Positions 1 through 10,128 of a stretch of DNA of 64,000 bases are shown here, in pieces. The notes under the pieces were generated by a model, which made no database searches, was not told the DNA's origin, and was given only the letters and a program-made list of their open reading frames with translations. The stretch spans positions 45,911-109,910 of the IMG/VR virus record IMGVR_UViG_3300035659_000003; one strand, given 5' to 3'. How positions within the stretch are numbered: position 1 is the stretch's first letter; every line of letters starts with the position of its first letter. Source of the DNA: a virus. The translations under genes were made by a program, and so were the position numbers.

Positions 1-740
1 GAGCCCCAGGCCACGTCAGTCGCCTTGTAGAGAACCAGCGAGCCGCCCGCGCGGGCGAGAACGAAGGTATAGGCACCCACCTGAATCATCGACGCCTTGT
101 CGCTACCGCTTGCGGGTAGGACGTTCGGCGTCTCAACCGCGTTCTGCAGCGTCCATGGGGCCTGCGCGGTGAACTGTGCCCAGTCCCGTGTCGTGGCGGT
201 CTTGCGAAGAGCGAGAACCTGTAGCTTGCCGTCTGCCGCGCCGGACAAGACCGCGTTTCGGTAGCCCGCAGCCAGCGCACCAAAGGAGAGCGCGATCTCG
301 TTGCTCACTCGCCAGACAGGACTGGCGGTGTAGGTGAGGGTGCGATACCAGACGTCGTCACCCAGGGTCGGGTCGCCCCACCTACTGTAGACGACATGGA
401 TGTCATTGGTAACGGGATCAGCAACAGCAGAGGCGTAAACGTCCGTGCGAGAGCTGATTAGCGCAGGGGCTGTCCACGTAGCGCCGTAGTCAACGGTGAC
501 AGAATACATCAGCCCCGCCGCGCCCTCTTGGTAGATCACCATCATGGCGAAGGGCGTGGCAATACAGATGGGCGAGTAGGGATGCGCGGTCGCCTTTTGG
601 CTTGCCGAGGTGTCAACGCAGGTAACAAGCGCGTCGCCCCAGATCGCGGGGATATCAAGACCGGAACCGGCGTCCGCCGCCCCAAGTTCCGAGGTCTCCC
701 AGGCGTCTAGGAAGTATCTATCTAGGTATGAGGTGTCCAT
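1..740 (-). CDS. Tail/virion protein with BNR/Asp-box (sialidase-like propeller) repeat, runs off the left edge
   Basis: Manual translation from ATG at 740: MDTSYLDRYFLDAWETSELG...LMYSVTVDYGATWTAPALIS...DIHVVYSRWG..., open to position 1. SVTVDYGATW resembles an Asp-box. Absent from the ORF track because it is truncated. Confidence 0.6.
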   Translation of the reverse strand, partial: MDTSYLDRYFLDAWETSELGAADAGSGLDIPAIWGDALVTCVDTSASQKATAHPYSPICIATPFAMMVIYQEGAAGLMYSVTVDYGATWTAPALISSRTDVYASAVADPVTNDIHVVYSRWGDPTLGDDVWYRTLTYTASPVWRVSNEIALSFGALAAGYRNAVLSGAADGKLQVLALRKTATTRDWAQFTAQAPWTLQNAVETPNVLPASGSDKASMIQVGAYTFVLARAGGSLVLYKATDVAWG

Positions 741-882
741 CGTGAGCCTGCTCTAGCCTTTTCGCTTTCTCTACAGCTATGCGCCAGAGCAGCTTCACAG
801 ATGCACCATCCGTCTTGTGCGACAGCCTTTTGCGCCGCTGCTCTTCGCGACGCTCTCCTTTAGTCTCATCCCTATTCAACAT
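718..882 (-). CDS. Small basic hypothetical protein (54 aa)
   Basis: Manual translation MLNRDETKGERREEQRRKRLSHKTDGASVKLLWRIAVEKAKRLEQAHDGHLIPR*. It fills the gap and overlaps both neighbours. Confidence 0.45.
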   Translation of the reverse strand: MLNRDETKGERREEQRRKRLSHKTDGASVKLLWRIAVEKAKRLEQAHDGHLIPR

Positions 883-1903
883 AGGGGGCCACCTTCAGGC
901 TGCCGAGAACGGCCTCCAGAACTGGCACCGCACCCTTCAGACGGGTCTCGTAGTCGCGGATGCGCTGTAGCCGCTTGTCGGCCTTGACGCTAAGGGTTTT
1001 CAGTTGTGCGGCGGTTGCGTCCTGCAGTCGCTGAAGCTGGGCGATCTGATCGCTAGCTCCGCGCAGCCTGCCGTAAGCCGCGAGCAGTTCCTCGTTCATT
1101 TTCGCCAGCTTCTGCTCGCAGGTCTCGACCAGCACGCCGGTGTCGGCTTGCGCGATAATATCCCAGTTAGCCTGTGCAGTAACCCCACGCCGCCACAAGG
1201 ATGTGCCGCCCCAGCCCATAGGGTCTTGCGAGCCCGCCAACTGCACCGCGCGCTCTAGTCCCTTGCGGAACCGCGCAGGGTCGTCGTCGTTACCAGGCAA
1301 GGCGAACACGACGGTCTTACCGTAATACTGCAGCCGCTCCCAGGTATGCTCGACCTCCCAGACGGGATCGGTGCCGAACGTGTCCCAGTAGTCCTGGGGC
1401 ACCAGGCAGTTGACGTAGGGGAGCCACTCGTCGATGTGTATCTCCGCCATGTGATCAACGGTGTAGCCTCCGTAGGTTCCGTAACGAGGATCGAAGGAGA
1501 GGCTGATCCAGGCGTCAGGACAGGCCGCACGGATCGCCTGCATGTACGGGTGCAGGTTAGACCACGGCCCCGTCCAGAAATACTGGTAGGGCTCAACGTC
1601 CAGGATGAGCCGGTTGCCGCCCGCGCGGATCACCTCGATAGCGATTGCAGCCTCGGCAGCAGGGTCTAGCCCCTTCGGAACGCACCACGGAGAGAACAGG
1701 ATGCCCTGATTCCCGTAGACGGTTTTCAGGTGCGCGACCGAGGCGGCGTTTTTCGGCGCGGCGGGGTGGTTAGAAAACGCGGACATATAGGACACCCCAT
1801 CGTGTGTCTTGACCCAGACCTCTCCGATAGGAAGTTTGGCGTCGTCCCCCTCTACCCCAGGGTAGTCACTCTCGAGCTGCCACACCCACGCGCGTGTCTT
1901 CAT
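872..1903 (-). CDS. Glycoside-hydrolase-like (TIM-barrel) protein with C-terminal coiled coil; possible endolysin
   Basis: 343 aa with VWVKTHDG, LILDVEPY and VPQDYW motifs resembling GH25/GH18-like barrels, and a heptad-rich C-terminus. Lies in the tail/lysis region. Confidence 0.45.
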   Translation of the reverse strand: MKTRAWVWQLESDYPGVEGDDAKLPIGEVWVKTHDGVSYMSAFSNHPAAPKNAASVAHLKTVYGNQGILFSPWCVPKGLDPAAEAAIAIEVIRAGGNRLILDVEPYQYFWTGPWSNLHPYMQAIRAACPDAWISLSFDPRYGTYGGYTVDHMAEIHIDEWLPYVNCLVPQDYWDTFGTDPVWEVEHTWERLQYYGKTVVFALPGNDDDPARFRKGLERAVQLAGSQDPMGWGGTSLWRRGVTAQANWDIIAQADTGVLVETCEQKLAKMNEELLAAYGRLRGASDQIAQLQRLQDATAAQLKTLSVKADKRLQRIRDYETRLKGAVPVLEAVLGSLKVAPYVE

Positions 1904-1910
1904 GTGCTGC

Positions 1911-2129
1911 CTAGCCCTTCGGCCCCTCCATCTCGCGGATGCGGTTCTGCAGCGTGAGAATGATCAGTTGCTGCCGACGGTTTTCCTTCGCCTGCTGCAT
2001 GATCAGGATCGCCTGGTTGCCCAGGAACATCTGAATCTCCTCCAGGGTCAGGCCTGGCAGGGCTGGCCCCTCCTGCGGAACGGGTGCCTCTGGCACCGGA
2101 ATCTCTTGTGGCTTCTTCTTGCTGCTCAT
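1911..2129 (-). CDS. Small coiled-coil protein downstream of the tail fibre (possible fibre chaperone)
   Basis: 72 aa ORF with RBS AAGGAGG and a helical Q/E-rich sequence. Confidence 0.5.
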   Translation of the reverse strand: MSSKKKPQEIPVPEAPVPQEGPALPGLTLEEIQMFLGNQAILIMQQAKENRRQQLIILTLQNRIREMEGPKG

Positions 2130-2162
2130 AGCTAGTGCCTCCTTACTACGATTATACCCTAT

Positions 2163-4220
2163 TTAGCGTGTCAGGCCACGGATATACAAGTCCATTACAT
2201 CCACGGTGAGAGTCGTGCCAGTACCGGCGGCGGCTCGAACATAGCATGTCGGCGTCACTGGTTGGGTTGGCATAGCTACGTTATGCGTCACCTCGCCTGC
2301 TGCATCGAGAGTAAGGCCGACGCTCCCTGCAGTGATACGACGAATCCTGATCTTATGCCACGCGGTGTCTATCGGCACGCCAGTGTTGGTTCGGGTACTA
2401 TCCACGCCGCCCGCGCGCGTGGTTAGATAGAAGTTCGCGTCGGCGGCACGTTTCTCGATAAAGTGACCGTCGGTTGGGGGCTCGCCCGCAGGGTCGCGAC
2501 AGAGCCCTAGCCGAACACACGCATCTGCCGTGTTCCACGGCGCAAACACGAAGGTGATGTCGAAGTAATCCGTAATTGCCAGAGGGTGGTTGCTAGAGTT
2601 ATACAGGGCGATCGCCCCATAGTTTCCAGTCCCCGCCGCGATGCTCATATAGAACTGCCCAGGGTGATTAGCGCCGCCGCTGAGGTTGTTAACAGTGGCA
2701 CCAACCTGTATCAATGACCAGTTAAGCTCTCCGATGCCGATGGCGGAGGTGCCGCCCATAAACTCATCAAACAAATGAGAGTCAGCGATGCTGGGGCCAG
2801 CAGTGTTGCCCGCACCCAGGGCCACCCACGCCCCATTGACGCGCGCGTGTACGCCAGGAACGTCCGAGTCGTAGAGGATCATCCCGTTAACTGCGGTCAG
2901 CGCGCCGCGCTGGGCGGTAGTCATGCGGTTCAGTAGAAGCGCACCCGTGGTGGACTGCAGCTCCAGCGTCGCGCTCGTCGCGGGATCGGCGTCCGCGCCG
3001 ATTAGCGCGCGCCCGATCAGCCTAGAAATCAGCGCCACGTGCAGTGCGTCATCGGTTTTGAGGACGTTTGCCGCCGAGCGGTAGAGAGTCGTATCCAGCG
3101 CTGCCGCGCCCCCCGCGCCGAAGCTAACGCTCAAGTGCGAGATCTGAACCTTGGGGTTCGCCTCCCCAAGCACATGACCTGCGATCACTGTGGTACCAGC
3201 CGCCAGCGAATGGGTGATGGGGGCCTGTATCGCGATGTTGTTGCTGGCGTTCAGGCCCAGAAGAAGAACGTCAGCGGCACCAGCGAAGTTGCGTGCGTAG
3301 ATGTACTGCGCGTTAGGGATACGAATAAGTCCTACCGTGGCCGGAGTCGTGCCGAGCTGAAGGTCGTCGGGGGTCGCCAGGACATTTGCGGCGGCCCGAT
3401 ACAGCCTGACGTCTACTGCGCTTGCGCCGCCTGCGCCGAACTGGATCTGCCCATGCTCGATGGTCGTCTTGGGATTAGCCTCAGCAGCGACATAGGCAGA
3501 AAAGGCAACAGTACCACCGATCGCCCCCAGCATCCGGTGGGCGATGGGGGCCTCCATGTGGATTTCGTTGGAGACGTTCAGGCCGAGAAGGATGACGTTA
3601 AAGACGTTAGCCTGCTCGCGGGCCTGGATGTACTGAACGTTAGGAAGGCGAATCTTGCCCGCCGTCGCGGGGGTCGTGCCTAGCTGAAAGTCGTCCGGCG
3701 TAGTCAGTAGGTTTGCGCCACCACGCCCGATCTCTGTGTCGGCGGCAACCGCGCCCGTACCCCAGGCAATCTTCTCCTCCGTCCAGTAGGAGCGATCCTC
3801 TGCGTCGGCCCCGATCCGGCGTGCGATATGGACTCCGGCAGCCAGCGTCCACGTCCACTTGGCAGAGATGGTTTCGGCCTCGTCGATGAACGCGCCCGTG
3901 ACCTCGACGTAGTTGACCGCCACCTGCAGCTCGCTGAATAGTTGAGAGGTGGTATGAAGCTGAACAACCGAGCCGTTCACATGCACCGCGATAACCGTGC
4001 CCTCGTCGGCGCGTGTGGCTGTGAGCACATCACCTACACGGTTTGTGACGTGTAGGATTTCATCGTTGATGGTGATGTGGAAAGGAAAGACTGCCGGAAA
4101 GAACGCGCCCTCGCCAGCGTTAAGGGTGACGATGACGGGATCGTCGACGTTGTTTATCCCGCCAAGGAGCGTGCCGGTAGAGCGGTTCTTAGTCTTATGG
4201 AAGATCGTTGCTGCGGGCAT
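2163..4220 (-). CDS. Tail fibre / receptor-binding protein with ~108-aa internal repeats
   Basis: 685 aa, Gly/Ala-rich and beta-rich. N-terminal INDEILHVT...TRADEGT baseplate-type motif, repeated DxxLYRxAANVLxTxDD units, LxxMTTAQRxAL...GMILYDSD fibre motif, and a lectin-like C-terminus. Confidence 0.75.
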   Translation of the reverse strand: MPAATIFHKTKNRSTGTLLGGINNVDDPVIVTLNAGEGAFFPAVFPFHITINDEILHVTNRVGDVLTATRADEGTVIAVHVNGSVVQLHTTSQLFSELQVAVNYVEVTGAFIDEAETISAKWTWTLAAGVHIARRIGADAEDRSYWTEEKIAWGTGAVAADTEIGRGGANLLTTPDDFQLGTTPATAGKIRLPNVQYIQAREQANVFNVILLGLNVSNEIHMEAPIAHRMLGAIGGTVAFSAYVAAEANPKTTIEHGQIQFGAGGASAVDVRLYRAAANVLATPDDLQLGTTPATVGLIRIPNAQYIYARNFAGAADVLLLGLNASNNIAIQAPITHSLAAGTTVIAGHVLGEANPKVQISHLSVSFGAGGAAALDTTLYRSAANVLKTDDALHVALISRLIGRALIGADADPATSATLELQSTTGALLLNRMTTAQRGALTAVNGMILYDSDVPGVHARVNGAWVALGAGNTAGPSIADSHLFDEFMGGTSAIGIGELNWSLIQVGATVNNLSGGANHPGQFYMSIAAGTGNYGAIALYNSSNHPLAITDYFDITFVFAPWNTADACVRLGLCRDPAGEPPTDGHFIEKRAADANFYLTTRAGGVDSTRTNTGVPIDTAWHKIRIRRITAGSVGLTLDAAGEVTHNVAMPTQPVTPTCYVRAAAGTGTTLTVDVMDLYIRGLTR

Positions 4221-4306
4221 CCTACCACACTCCTCGTGCTAGGGTAATAGGGATGATAGGGGCGGGTCAGAGCAACCCTGTAGCGAAGTCCGCCCCTGCA
4301 CGCCTC

Positions 4307-4828
4307 TTACGAAATTGTGATGCTGAGGGTCAGCGTCCAGCTCGCGCCCGCCGCCTTGGTGCCCAGACCACCGGCGGGAACCAGGTGGTTCAACATGGCC
4401 GAGGCCGGAGGAGCATTCCCGTTGAAGCACCCGATCTCGTTCCACACGTAGTTCGCGTCTCCTGCGCCGAAGGTGCTGCGGAAGGTGATAACCGTAGTAA
4501 CCACCTGTGGATAAGCGACGTCCTGTATGATGTAGGTCTTGCTGGGGCCGTTGATGTCGGTGTCGCCAGGTGCCGCAGCGCCCGCGCCGTTGCCGACGGC
4601 CAGGTAGGTGTTCCCGTTGGCGAACGCCGTGCCTACAGCGCCCATAAGCAAGTCCAGCAACACGTTGATGCCAACGTTGCACAGCAGGTTGCCGTCCTTC
4701 TCGATGACTTCATAAGGCTTAACCGTGGAGAGGAACTTCTCCAGGTCGCCGTCGAAATCCGCCTTGTCGCCCCAGCGCTTCTCAAGCCGCCAGTGTGCGC
4801 GCCAGTTGCCCTTGTCCGTTTGCTCCAT
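4307..4828 (-). CDS. Phage tail/virion structural protein
   Basis: Start MEQTDKGNW after GGAGTGAGG. Contains GNLLCNVG...YLAVGNG...ANYVWNEIGCFN...MLNH motifs typical of tail-fibre-associated structural proteins. Confidence 0.65.
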   Translation of the reverse strand: MEQTDKGNWRAHWRLEKRWGDKADFDGDLEKFLSTVKPYEVIEKDGNLLCNVGINVLLDLLMGAVGTAFANGNTYLAVGNGAGAAAPGDTDINGPSKTYIIQDVAYPQVVTTVITFRSTFGAGDANYVWNEIGCFNGNAPPASAMLNHLVPAGGLGTKAAGASWTLTLSITIS

Positions 4829-4872
4829 TGTAGACCTCACTCCTGCTCGTTCTCGGCCCCTAGCGTGCTCAC

Positions 4873-5157
4873 CTAAGCTGGCCACGGGAGACCGGCTTCC
4901 GCCGCTTCCTTCTTCAGCGCGCGGATGCGAGTCGTTATCTCGATTGCCCGCTGGCGCTGTGCCGCCACCTCCGGCGGAACGTTCCTGAATGCTGGGTCGC
5001 TTGGATTGCTCAGATAAGCGCACTCTGAGCTGCAGTAGACCTTGCCTAGCACCGTGATGGGATGATCCACCTGACGCTCGCACAAGTCGTTATCGCAGAC
5101 GTGCACCCCGTCGCACCCTGGCCGACCACATTCCTTGCAGTGTACCCGCTCAACCAT
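4873..5157 (-). CDS. Cys-rich (Zn-finger) hypothetical protein
   Basis: MVERVHCKECGRPGCDGVHVCDNDLC...YCSSEC, with RBS GGAGGGGAG. Confidence 0.55.
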   Translation of the reverse strand: MVERVHCKECGRPGCDGVHVCDNDLCERQVDHPITVLGKVYCSSECAYLSNPSDPAFRNVPPEVAAQRQRAIEITTRIRALKKEAAEAGLPWPA

Positions 5158-5245
5158 GTCTTGCTCCCCTCCTGTGAGGATGTCTCTTCTCGCTACCCTT
5201 GTGCAGCTATCATACGACAACACCGGCGGTAGACGAAGGGCTCAC

Positions 5246-5282
5246 AAAACGCCCGCGACCCGCCGAAGCGGGCCGCAAAGCG
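5246..5282 (-). terminator. Rho-independent terminator ending the early/middle block
   Basis: Minus strand GCGGCCCGC-UUCG-GCGGGUCGC hairpin with a cUUCGg tetraloop, followed by GGGCGUUUUG, in an intergenic gap. Confidence 0.65.
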
Positions 5283-5310
5283 GAAAGGTGAGATGCAGAA
5301 ACTGTCTAGG

Positions 5311-6024
5311 TTAAGGGGTGTCGGACGCCTCGTCTAGTACTTGCTCCGCCCAAGCACACCAGGTAACGGCCTCCCCCAGGATATCCGAATCCATAAGAGC
5401 CGTCTCCCCCTGAGCCGCGAGATATGCCCTCTCGTAGCATTGCAGAAAGGCTTCTAACTCCCCCGCTGCGGCGTCGTCGCGGGCAACACTGCCCCTCGCG
5501 TCGAGAAACTGCCTCACCCCACGGAGAACCGTGGTAAAGGGCGAGGATTCATATTCTGAGGTGGCCGCGCGCAGGTCATCAGCAGCCCCACGCGGGAGAA
5601 GGAGATGATCAACGCGCCGCTCGTCCTCGGCCAGCGCCTTGAACGCGTTATCAAGGTCTGCCTCGGTTAGGGCAGGGTCTCTCCCCTTCGCACCTGGGGG
5701 AAGGGCGAGCACGTCGCGCCGAGTCAGCTCGTCCAAGTGGAAGTGCAGCTCGTCGTACAGGGGATTGCCTTCCTGCATAGTGATGCGCACTAGCGCGCCG
5801 TCCTTGTGCACAAACAGAACCGTACCGAAGTCCCCGAAGAACTGAGAAGACTTATTGCTGATCGTAACAGAGTCACCGATCTGGAGCGCCCGCTCCTCGC
5901 TCGTCCGGCGGTTGTGAAGGAGCGCGTCCAGGTCTGCGTGGTGCCAGCGCAACTCGTGCGCGGGGATCACGCAGTCCCTTGGATCGTCGTGCCAGGTCTT
6001 GGCGTCTAGCGGGTTGAATATCAT
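5311..6024 (-). CDS. Hypothetical protein with KOW/SH3-like segment
   Basis: 237 aa containing LQIGDSVTI...FFGDFGTVLFV. Confidence 0.55.
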   Translation of the reverse strand: MIFNPLDAKTWHDDPRDCVIPAHELRWHHADLDALLHNRRTSEERALQIGDSVTISNKSSQFFGDFGTVLFVHKDGALVRITMQEGNPLYDELHFHLDELTRRDVLALPPGAKGRDPALTEADLDNAFKALAEDERRVDHLLLPRGAADDLRAATSEYESSPFTTVLRGVRQFLDARGSVARDDAAAGELEAFLQCYERAYLAAQGETALMDSDILGEAVTWCAWAEQVLDEASDTP

Positions 6025-6027
6025 CCC

Positions 6028-6366
6028 CTAGTACTCCGGCGCAGGCTCCGTCGGCGGCAGCCTGTCCATGCACGCAAGGATGGCCGCGCTGAGTTCGTCG
6101 GGGAAGTAGTCGGGGTCGTTAAGCATGTCTTCCTCCAGCGCCAGGAACTCGCCGATGCTGACGTTCGCCTCTAGCTCCCGCAGGGTGCAATGGCAGTAGG
6201 GCAGGAAGTCAGGATCAAACGACGTCGCCTCCGAGCAGCCCACAATGAAGAGGTCTTTGACTGCCTGCGGATAGCGACCGACTTCACCGCCCCCGCCGCC
6301 GCCGGAACAGGCTGCAAACAGGGCCATCGTCAGGGCGATTACGCCCAGAATAAGAACGTGCTTCAT
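6028..6366 (-). CDS. Putative lipoprotein
   Basis: Signal peptide with lipobox LFAA-C, RBS AAGGAGG, and paired Cys residues. Confidence 0.65.
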   Translation of the reverse strand: MKHVLILGVIALTMALFAACSGGGGGGEVGRYPQAVKDLFIVGCSEATSFDPDFLPYCHCTLRELEANVSIGEFLALEEDMLNDPDYFPDELSAAILACMDRLPPTEPAPEY

Positions 6367-6535
6367 GAGGTGCCTCCTTCAATAAACAAGGGGAGGGCCG
6401 CGTCCGACGGTGTAGGCTCGGCTACCGGCGCGCGGAACCCGACATCGGCGGGCGCGGACTGCTCCCCGCCTAATCTTACGCCTGATTGCCGTATCACTCT
6501 AGACCCCGCCCTCTTCCAGCTCTTCACCACTCTGA

Positions 6536-7723
6536 TCACCCACCTTTCACTGATATAGACGGTGCCAGTAGCCCTGTGTTACACCTTTTCGGTGGGTTTT
6601 TCACTTTTTCTTGCAGGCCTAGCCGTGCCCGCTGACTGCCGGTCAGTTGCCGGAGCTGCTTAGGCCGGAACGGATACCAGACACCCCCTTCAACAGGAAA
6701 CCCCCACGCCTGCAGGACGCGCACGGAGCGGGGGTCAAACGACACGAGCAGCCACCGCCCCTCCAGAACGGCCTCCACCTTGACTAGGTGATCGTTGATC
6801 AGCAGGCAGTCGGGGTCGGAGAGGTAGTAGTGGTCGCCAACCCGAATCGTCGCGATCTGGGCCATTAGCGTATCTCCAGCCACACGGCCAGGGCGATCAC
6901 GAGCATCGTCCCCACGCCCCATAGCTCCAGGATGATCAGCCAGGCCGGTAGGTCAAACCACATCCTAGAACCGCTCCTGCAGGGTCTGGCGTGATATGTA
7001 GGGCAGGCTGCCCAGCGCCGCCGACACGCGTGCGTAGAGCTGCGGCGCGTCGCGCTCCCCGAAGGGCGCGCCGAAGTCTGCGATGACCGACTCCGTGCAC
7101 ACAGAGCAGGCGTACAGATCACCGCTCCGAATCAGCTCGCCCTCGCGAACGAAAACGCCGATCTCCTGGCACCGCATCGGACTACCACATAGTGGACACA
7201 CAAGCAGCATCTCGGCTCCCCTTTCTGTATAGCGCCCATTCGTCCTCGACCTTGAACGCCTGGTATGCGTTGACGTTCGGAATCTGGCCTCGGATAAGCG
7301 CCTTCAACGTCTCGTCAGTAATCGCCGCACGGATTTCCTTGAGGCACGTGCGGCACGTCGCCCTATCAATATCGCCAGTGACGTTGGCGGGATTACGGAG
7401 CGTCTGCTCGCACAGGGTGTGGAACCGCACCAACATCTCCCCGTGCCCCTGGCGCGTGAAGGCTTGTCCTAGATGGATAACGCTCAAACTACCTCCGCCT
7501 CGAAGCCGGACTCGTGGAGCATCGTCGCCAGCTTGTGCGCGTTCTCGACGGCGCATCCGGCGGAGACCCCCGTGACCGTCGACTCATCGCGCGCGGTATT
7601 GACCGAGACGCCGCCTTCAGGGAAGACGCGCTTGAAGTCGCGCGTCAGCTCGTCGTTGTTAGGCAGCTTCTCGTGGATCACGTAGGCGTGATACTTGCCG
7701 AACATGAACCGAACCGTAGGCAT
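6536..7723 (-). other. Run of short coupled hypothetical CDSs (6536-6865, 6865-6963 TM peptide, 6965-7210 Zn ribbon, 7182-7487, 7484-7723)
   Basis: Abutting or overlapping minus-strand ORFs with stop/start coupling. Confidence 0.55.
6543..6583 (-). promoter_or_regulatory. ECF-type promoter, class I
   Basis: TGTAAC-N16-CGTCTATAT-CAGTGAAAGG; one of 8 copies. Confidence 0.75.
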
Positions 7724-8035
7724 CTAAACTACCCCCAACCGCGCCAGGTTGTATCCCGCGCGGACGCCGCGCCCATGCTTGCAGAGGGTGCTGCCGAACA
7801 TGTGCCGGAACTCGTAATCGCCGCAAATGCACGTGAGCGTGGGCCGTTCGGGTTCCAGGTAGATGCGGTAGTGGCGGCCCTCCGGCGAGGTCAGGCCGAT
7901 GTAGCCCCGCGCTGACCGGCGGTGGAAGCGGTAGAATACCAACACATCCAGCGCTTTCGGATCGAGGTTTCTCAGCCATCCCCCGCGCCGATGGATGTTG
8001 CGCCGCTGCAACCTGGGCCAGGTAAGGGCTGTCAC
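7724..8035 (-). CDS. SWIM zinc-finger protein
   Basis: CICGD...LCKH matches the CxC-n-CxH SWIM motif. Confidence 0.6.
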   Translation of the reverse strand: MTALTWPRLQRRNIHRRGGWLRNLDPKALDVLVFYRFHRRSARGYIGLTSPEGRHYRIYLEPERPTLTCICGDYEFRHMFGSTLCKHGRGVRAGYNLARLGVV

Positions 8036-8037
8036 CG

Positions 8038-8328
8038 CTAGACCTCCCGCGTGTAATGCAAGGCCTCGAGCCGCTCGCCGAGGCGCTTGACGTAGTCATC
8101 CACACCCGTGTAACCAGCGTGGCCCCTGGCGTAGACCTTCCAGCCGTAGTCGTGGGAGCCTGTGTCACTGCGGAACCACACCGCGTAGCGCCGCAGAACG
8201 ACCCCATTGCTCCGCACGGCGTACTCCCTGACGCGCGCGCTAACGAGATCGTCGTCCGGAGTGTCCCACTCCTTGCGCCAGCGGGCCAGGATCGTCGTTC
8301 CCTTAGTTGTCAACTTCGCCATAATCAT
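8038..8328 (-). CDS. Hypothetical early protein
   Basis: First gene after a class I promoter, with RBS GGAGG. Confidence 0.6.
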   Translation of the reverse strand: MIMAKLTTKGTTILARWRKEWDTPDDDLVSARVREYAVRSNGVVLRRYAVWFRSDTGSHDYGWKVYARGHAGYTGVDDYVKRLGERLEALHYTREV

Positions 8329-8330
8329 CC

Positions 8331-8371
8331 ACCTCCACTGATATAGACGGTGGTGGGCGAAGATCGTTACG
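8331..8371 (-). promoter_or_regulatory. ECF-type promoter, class I
   Basis: CGTAAC-N16-CGTCTATAT-CAGTGGAGG. Confidence 0.75.
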
Positions 8372-8384
8372 CCTTTTTGCGCGA

Positions 8385-8864
8385 TTATCCGGCTTCTTCT
8401 ACATCCAGCCCCGCGAACTCTAGAACGGCGTGCACAGCCTCCTCGCGACTGTGCACACGGCAGCTCGCGGCCTCGCGGACGAAGGCGTGCTCGTGGGGGT
8501 TCCCCTCCTTCTCCATGATGAGGACGACGAACTTGTGCAGGTGCGACGCCCAGGCCAGCTCGAACATCGAGCCGATGCTTGCCTTTGTTGCGCCCAGGAA
8601 GTCCGCGATGATCACGTCAACGGTAGACACATCGTGGTGGTCTCGCGCGAAGATGGCCGAGTCCGTTGACATAGCTGCGCGGTAGTGGCCGGACGGCAGC
8701 GGCTTGTTGCGGTATTGATGGGACAGGCTACGCTTCCCCCGCATAGGCGAGCGAACCTCGACTCCGCGCTTCTCCAGTGGCATGGCGATCTCCTCGCGGT
8801 GGGTGATCGCCTCGTCATATGTAAGGCCGGTTATGGGGCCACACAGATAACAAGATACGTGCAT
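8385..8864 (-). CDS. Nucleoside 2-deoxyribosyltransferase / deoxynucleotide N-hydrolase family protein
   Basis: YLCGPI...RDHHDVSTVDVIIADF...SIGSMFELAWA, the NDT/DNPH1 G-x-x-x-E signature. Confidence 0.75.
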   Translation of the reverse strand: MHVSCYLCGPITGLTYDEAITHREEIAMPLEKRGVEVRSPMRGKRSLSHQYRNKPLPSGHYRAAMSTDSAIFARDHHDVSTVDVIIADFLGATKASIGSMFELAWASHLHKFVVLIMEKEGNPHEHAFVREAASCRVHSREEAVHAVLEFAGLDVEEAG

Positions 8865-8875
8865 GGTTCCTCCTT

Positions 8876-9328
8876 CTAGAATACGTCCCCGTGAAGTTCG
8901 TAATGGCAGTTCTTACACAAGAGGACACACTTCTCAACCTCGCGGCAGAACAGATCGGTGTTGCTGCGCCACAGCCCTGCTGAAATTCGCCGCTCTTTAA
9001 CCGCGCCGTCCTCATGGTGAAAGTCTAGTGAGCCGCCATACGTATTATACCCGCATTGCTGACAGCCGAGACCTTCTTTATAGGCAGAAAACGCGTCTCG
9101 CCGCCGACCCCGAAATTTCCTAGCCCGCGTCAGGTAGGCTGCTCTGCGGCAGGGTTCGCTACAGTAACACGCCCCAGGAGATGGGAACGGAATCGGGCCT
9201 CCGCACTCGCGACAGGGGCGGCGACGCTTCATTCTATAGCAACGCTGCAGCGCGGCCCATCGTTCAGGATTGCGCGCGGCCCACGCGCGAGATCTAACCG
9301 TTTTAGGATTCTGGCTCAGGATAGACAT
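8876..9328 (-). CDS. HNH homing endonuclease-like protein
   Basis: CQQCGY...LDFHH...EVEKCVLLCKNCHYELH, with an N-terminal Zn finger. Confidence 0.75.
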   Translation of the reverse strand: MSILSQNPKTVRSRAWAARNPERWAALQRCYRMKRRRPCRECGGPIPFPSPGACYCSEPCRRAAYLTRARKFRGRRRDAFSAYKEGLGCQQCGYNTYGGSLDFHHEDGAVKERRISAGLWRSNTDLFCREVEKCVLLCKNCHYELHGDVF

Positions 9329-9626
9329 CGCCGTTCTCAGAACATTTGCGCCGCTCGTAAGGCACCACCACACGGCGATACAGCTCCTGATCGACATTTT
9401 TCAACACACCGGTCAGCAGGGCAATCTTCCAGTATCTAGGCGTGCCCATGAGGTTCAGGACTAGCGTGGTGATGGCATAATTGAGCAGGCCCGCCTCCAC
9501 GGTCATCCTATCCGCCTCTAGCTGTGCGGCAGGGGCCATCATGGTGCGCTCGTTGCGGATGGCATCTGCCAACTGACGCACCCAGGTGTCAATGAACTCG
9601 CGGTTCTTCTTCGGCACGTAGGGCAT
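9303..9626 (-). CDS. Conserved phage protein (DUF6899-like)
   Basis: MPYV...GLLNYAIT...ELYRRVVVPYE..K...NGDVY pattern. Confidence 0.6.
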   Translation of the reverse strand: MPYVPKKNREFIDTWVRQLADAIRNERTMMAPAAQLEADRMTVEAGLLNYAITTLVLNLMGTPRYWKIALLTGVLKNVDQELYRRVVVPYERRKCSENGDVYPEPES

Positions 9627-10128
9627 CTACATACCTCCTACAGGATGGCCGCAGACACGGCACACCACGACTTCTTCGAAATACTGCTCGGTCGTAGGTC
9701 GACGCTCGATGATGTGCTCACCGTGTTGCACGCGCAGCAGCGAGGCATTCACCCGCACACGCTCGCGGTCAACGGGGACGATTCGGAAGCTGCCGTCGCA
9801 ATGCTGCTCCAGACGCACCCGCTTGTCCATCAGCGGCTCCAGGTAGCGCTTAAGGAATACCTCCGTGCCGCAGCACGAGCGGATCAGAACCGCGTCCCCC
9901 CGCCACTCCAATGTTCCCTCAGTCATACAGCCCTCCCTACTACCGGAACCACTGGCACATCCGCCGCCAGTGCCCACTGAACGGCCACTGTCGGCCCCTC
10001 ACAGCGTGGGCAGTACCTGATTACCTGCTCTGGGCGAAACCGCCCGTGAGGGAAGTCCTCCGGTCTGGACGGGCGGTAGCCGTAGGGCCAGTCGCACGTG
10101 CCACACCGTGCCCCAATCAGGATCGCGT

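Noticed and set aside
6370-6530. Possible structured leader RNA (GGGGAG/CUCCCC, GUCCG/CGGAC stems) after a class I promoter
   Set aside because: It is equally explained by a ~57-codon ORF coupled to the lipoprotein gene, and such stems are expected by chance at this GC content.
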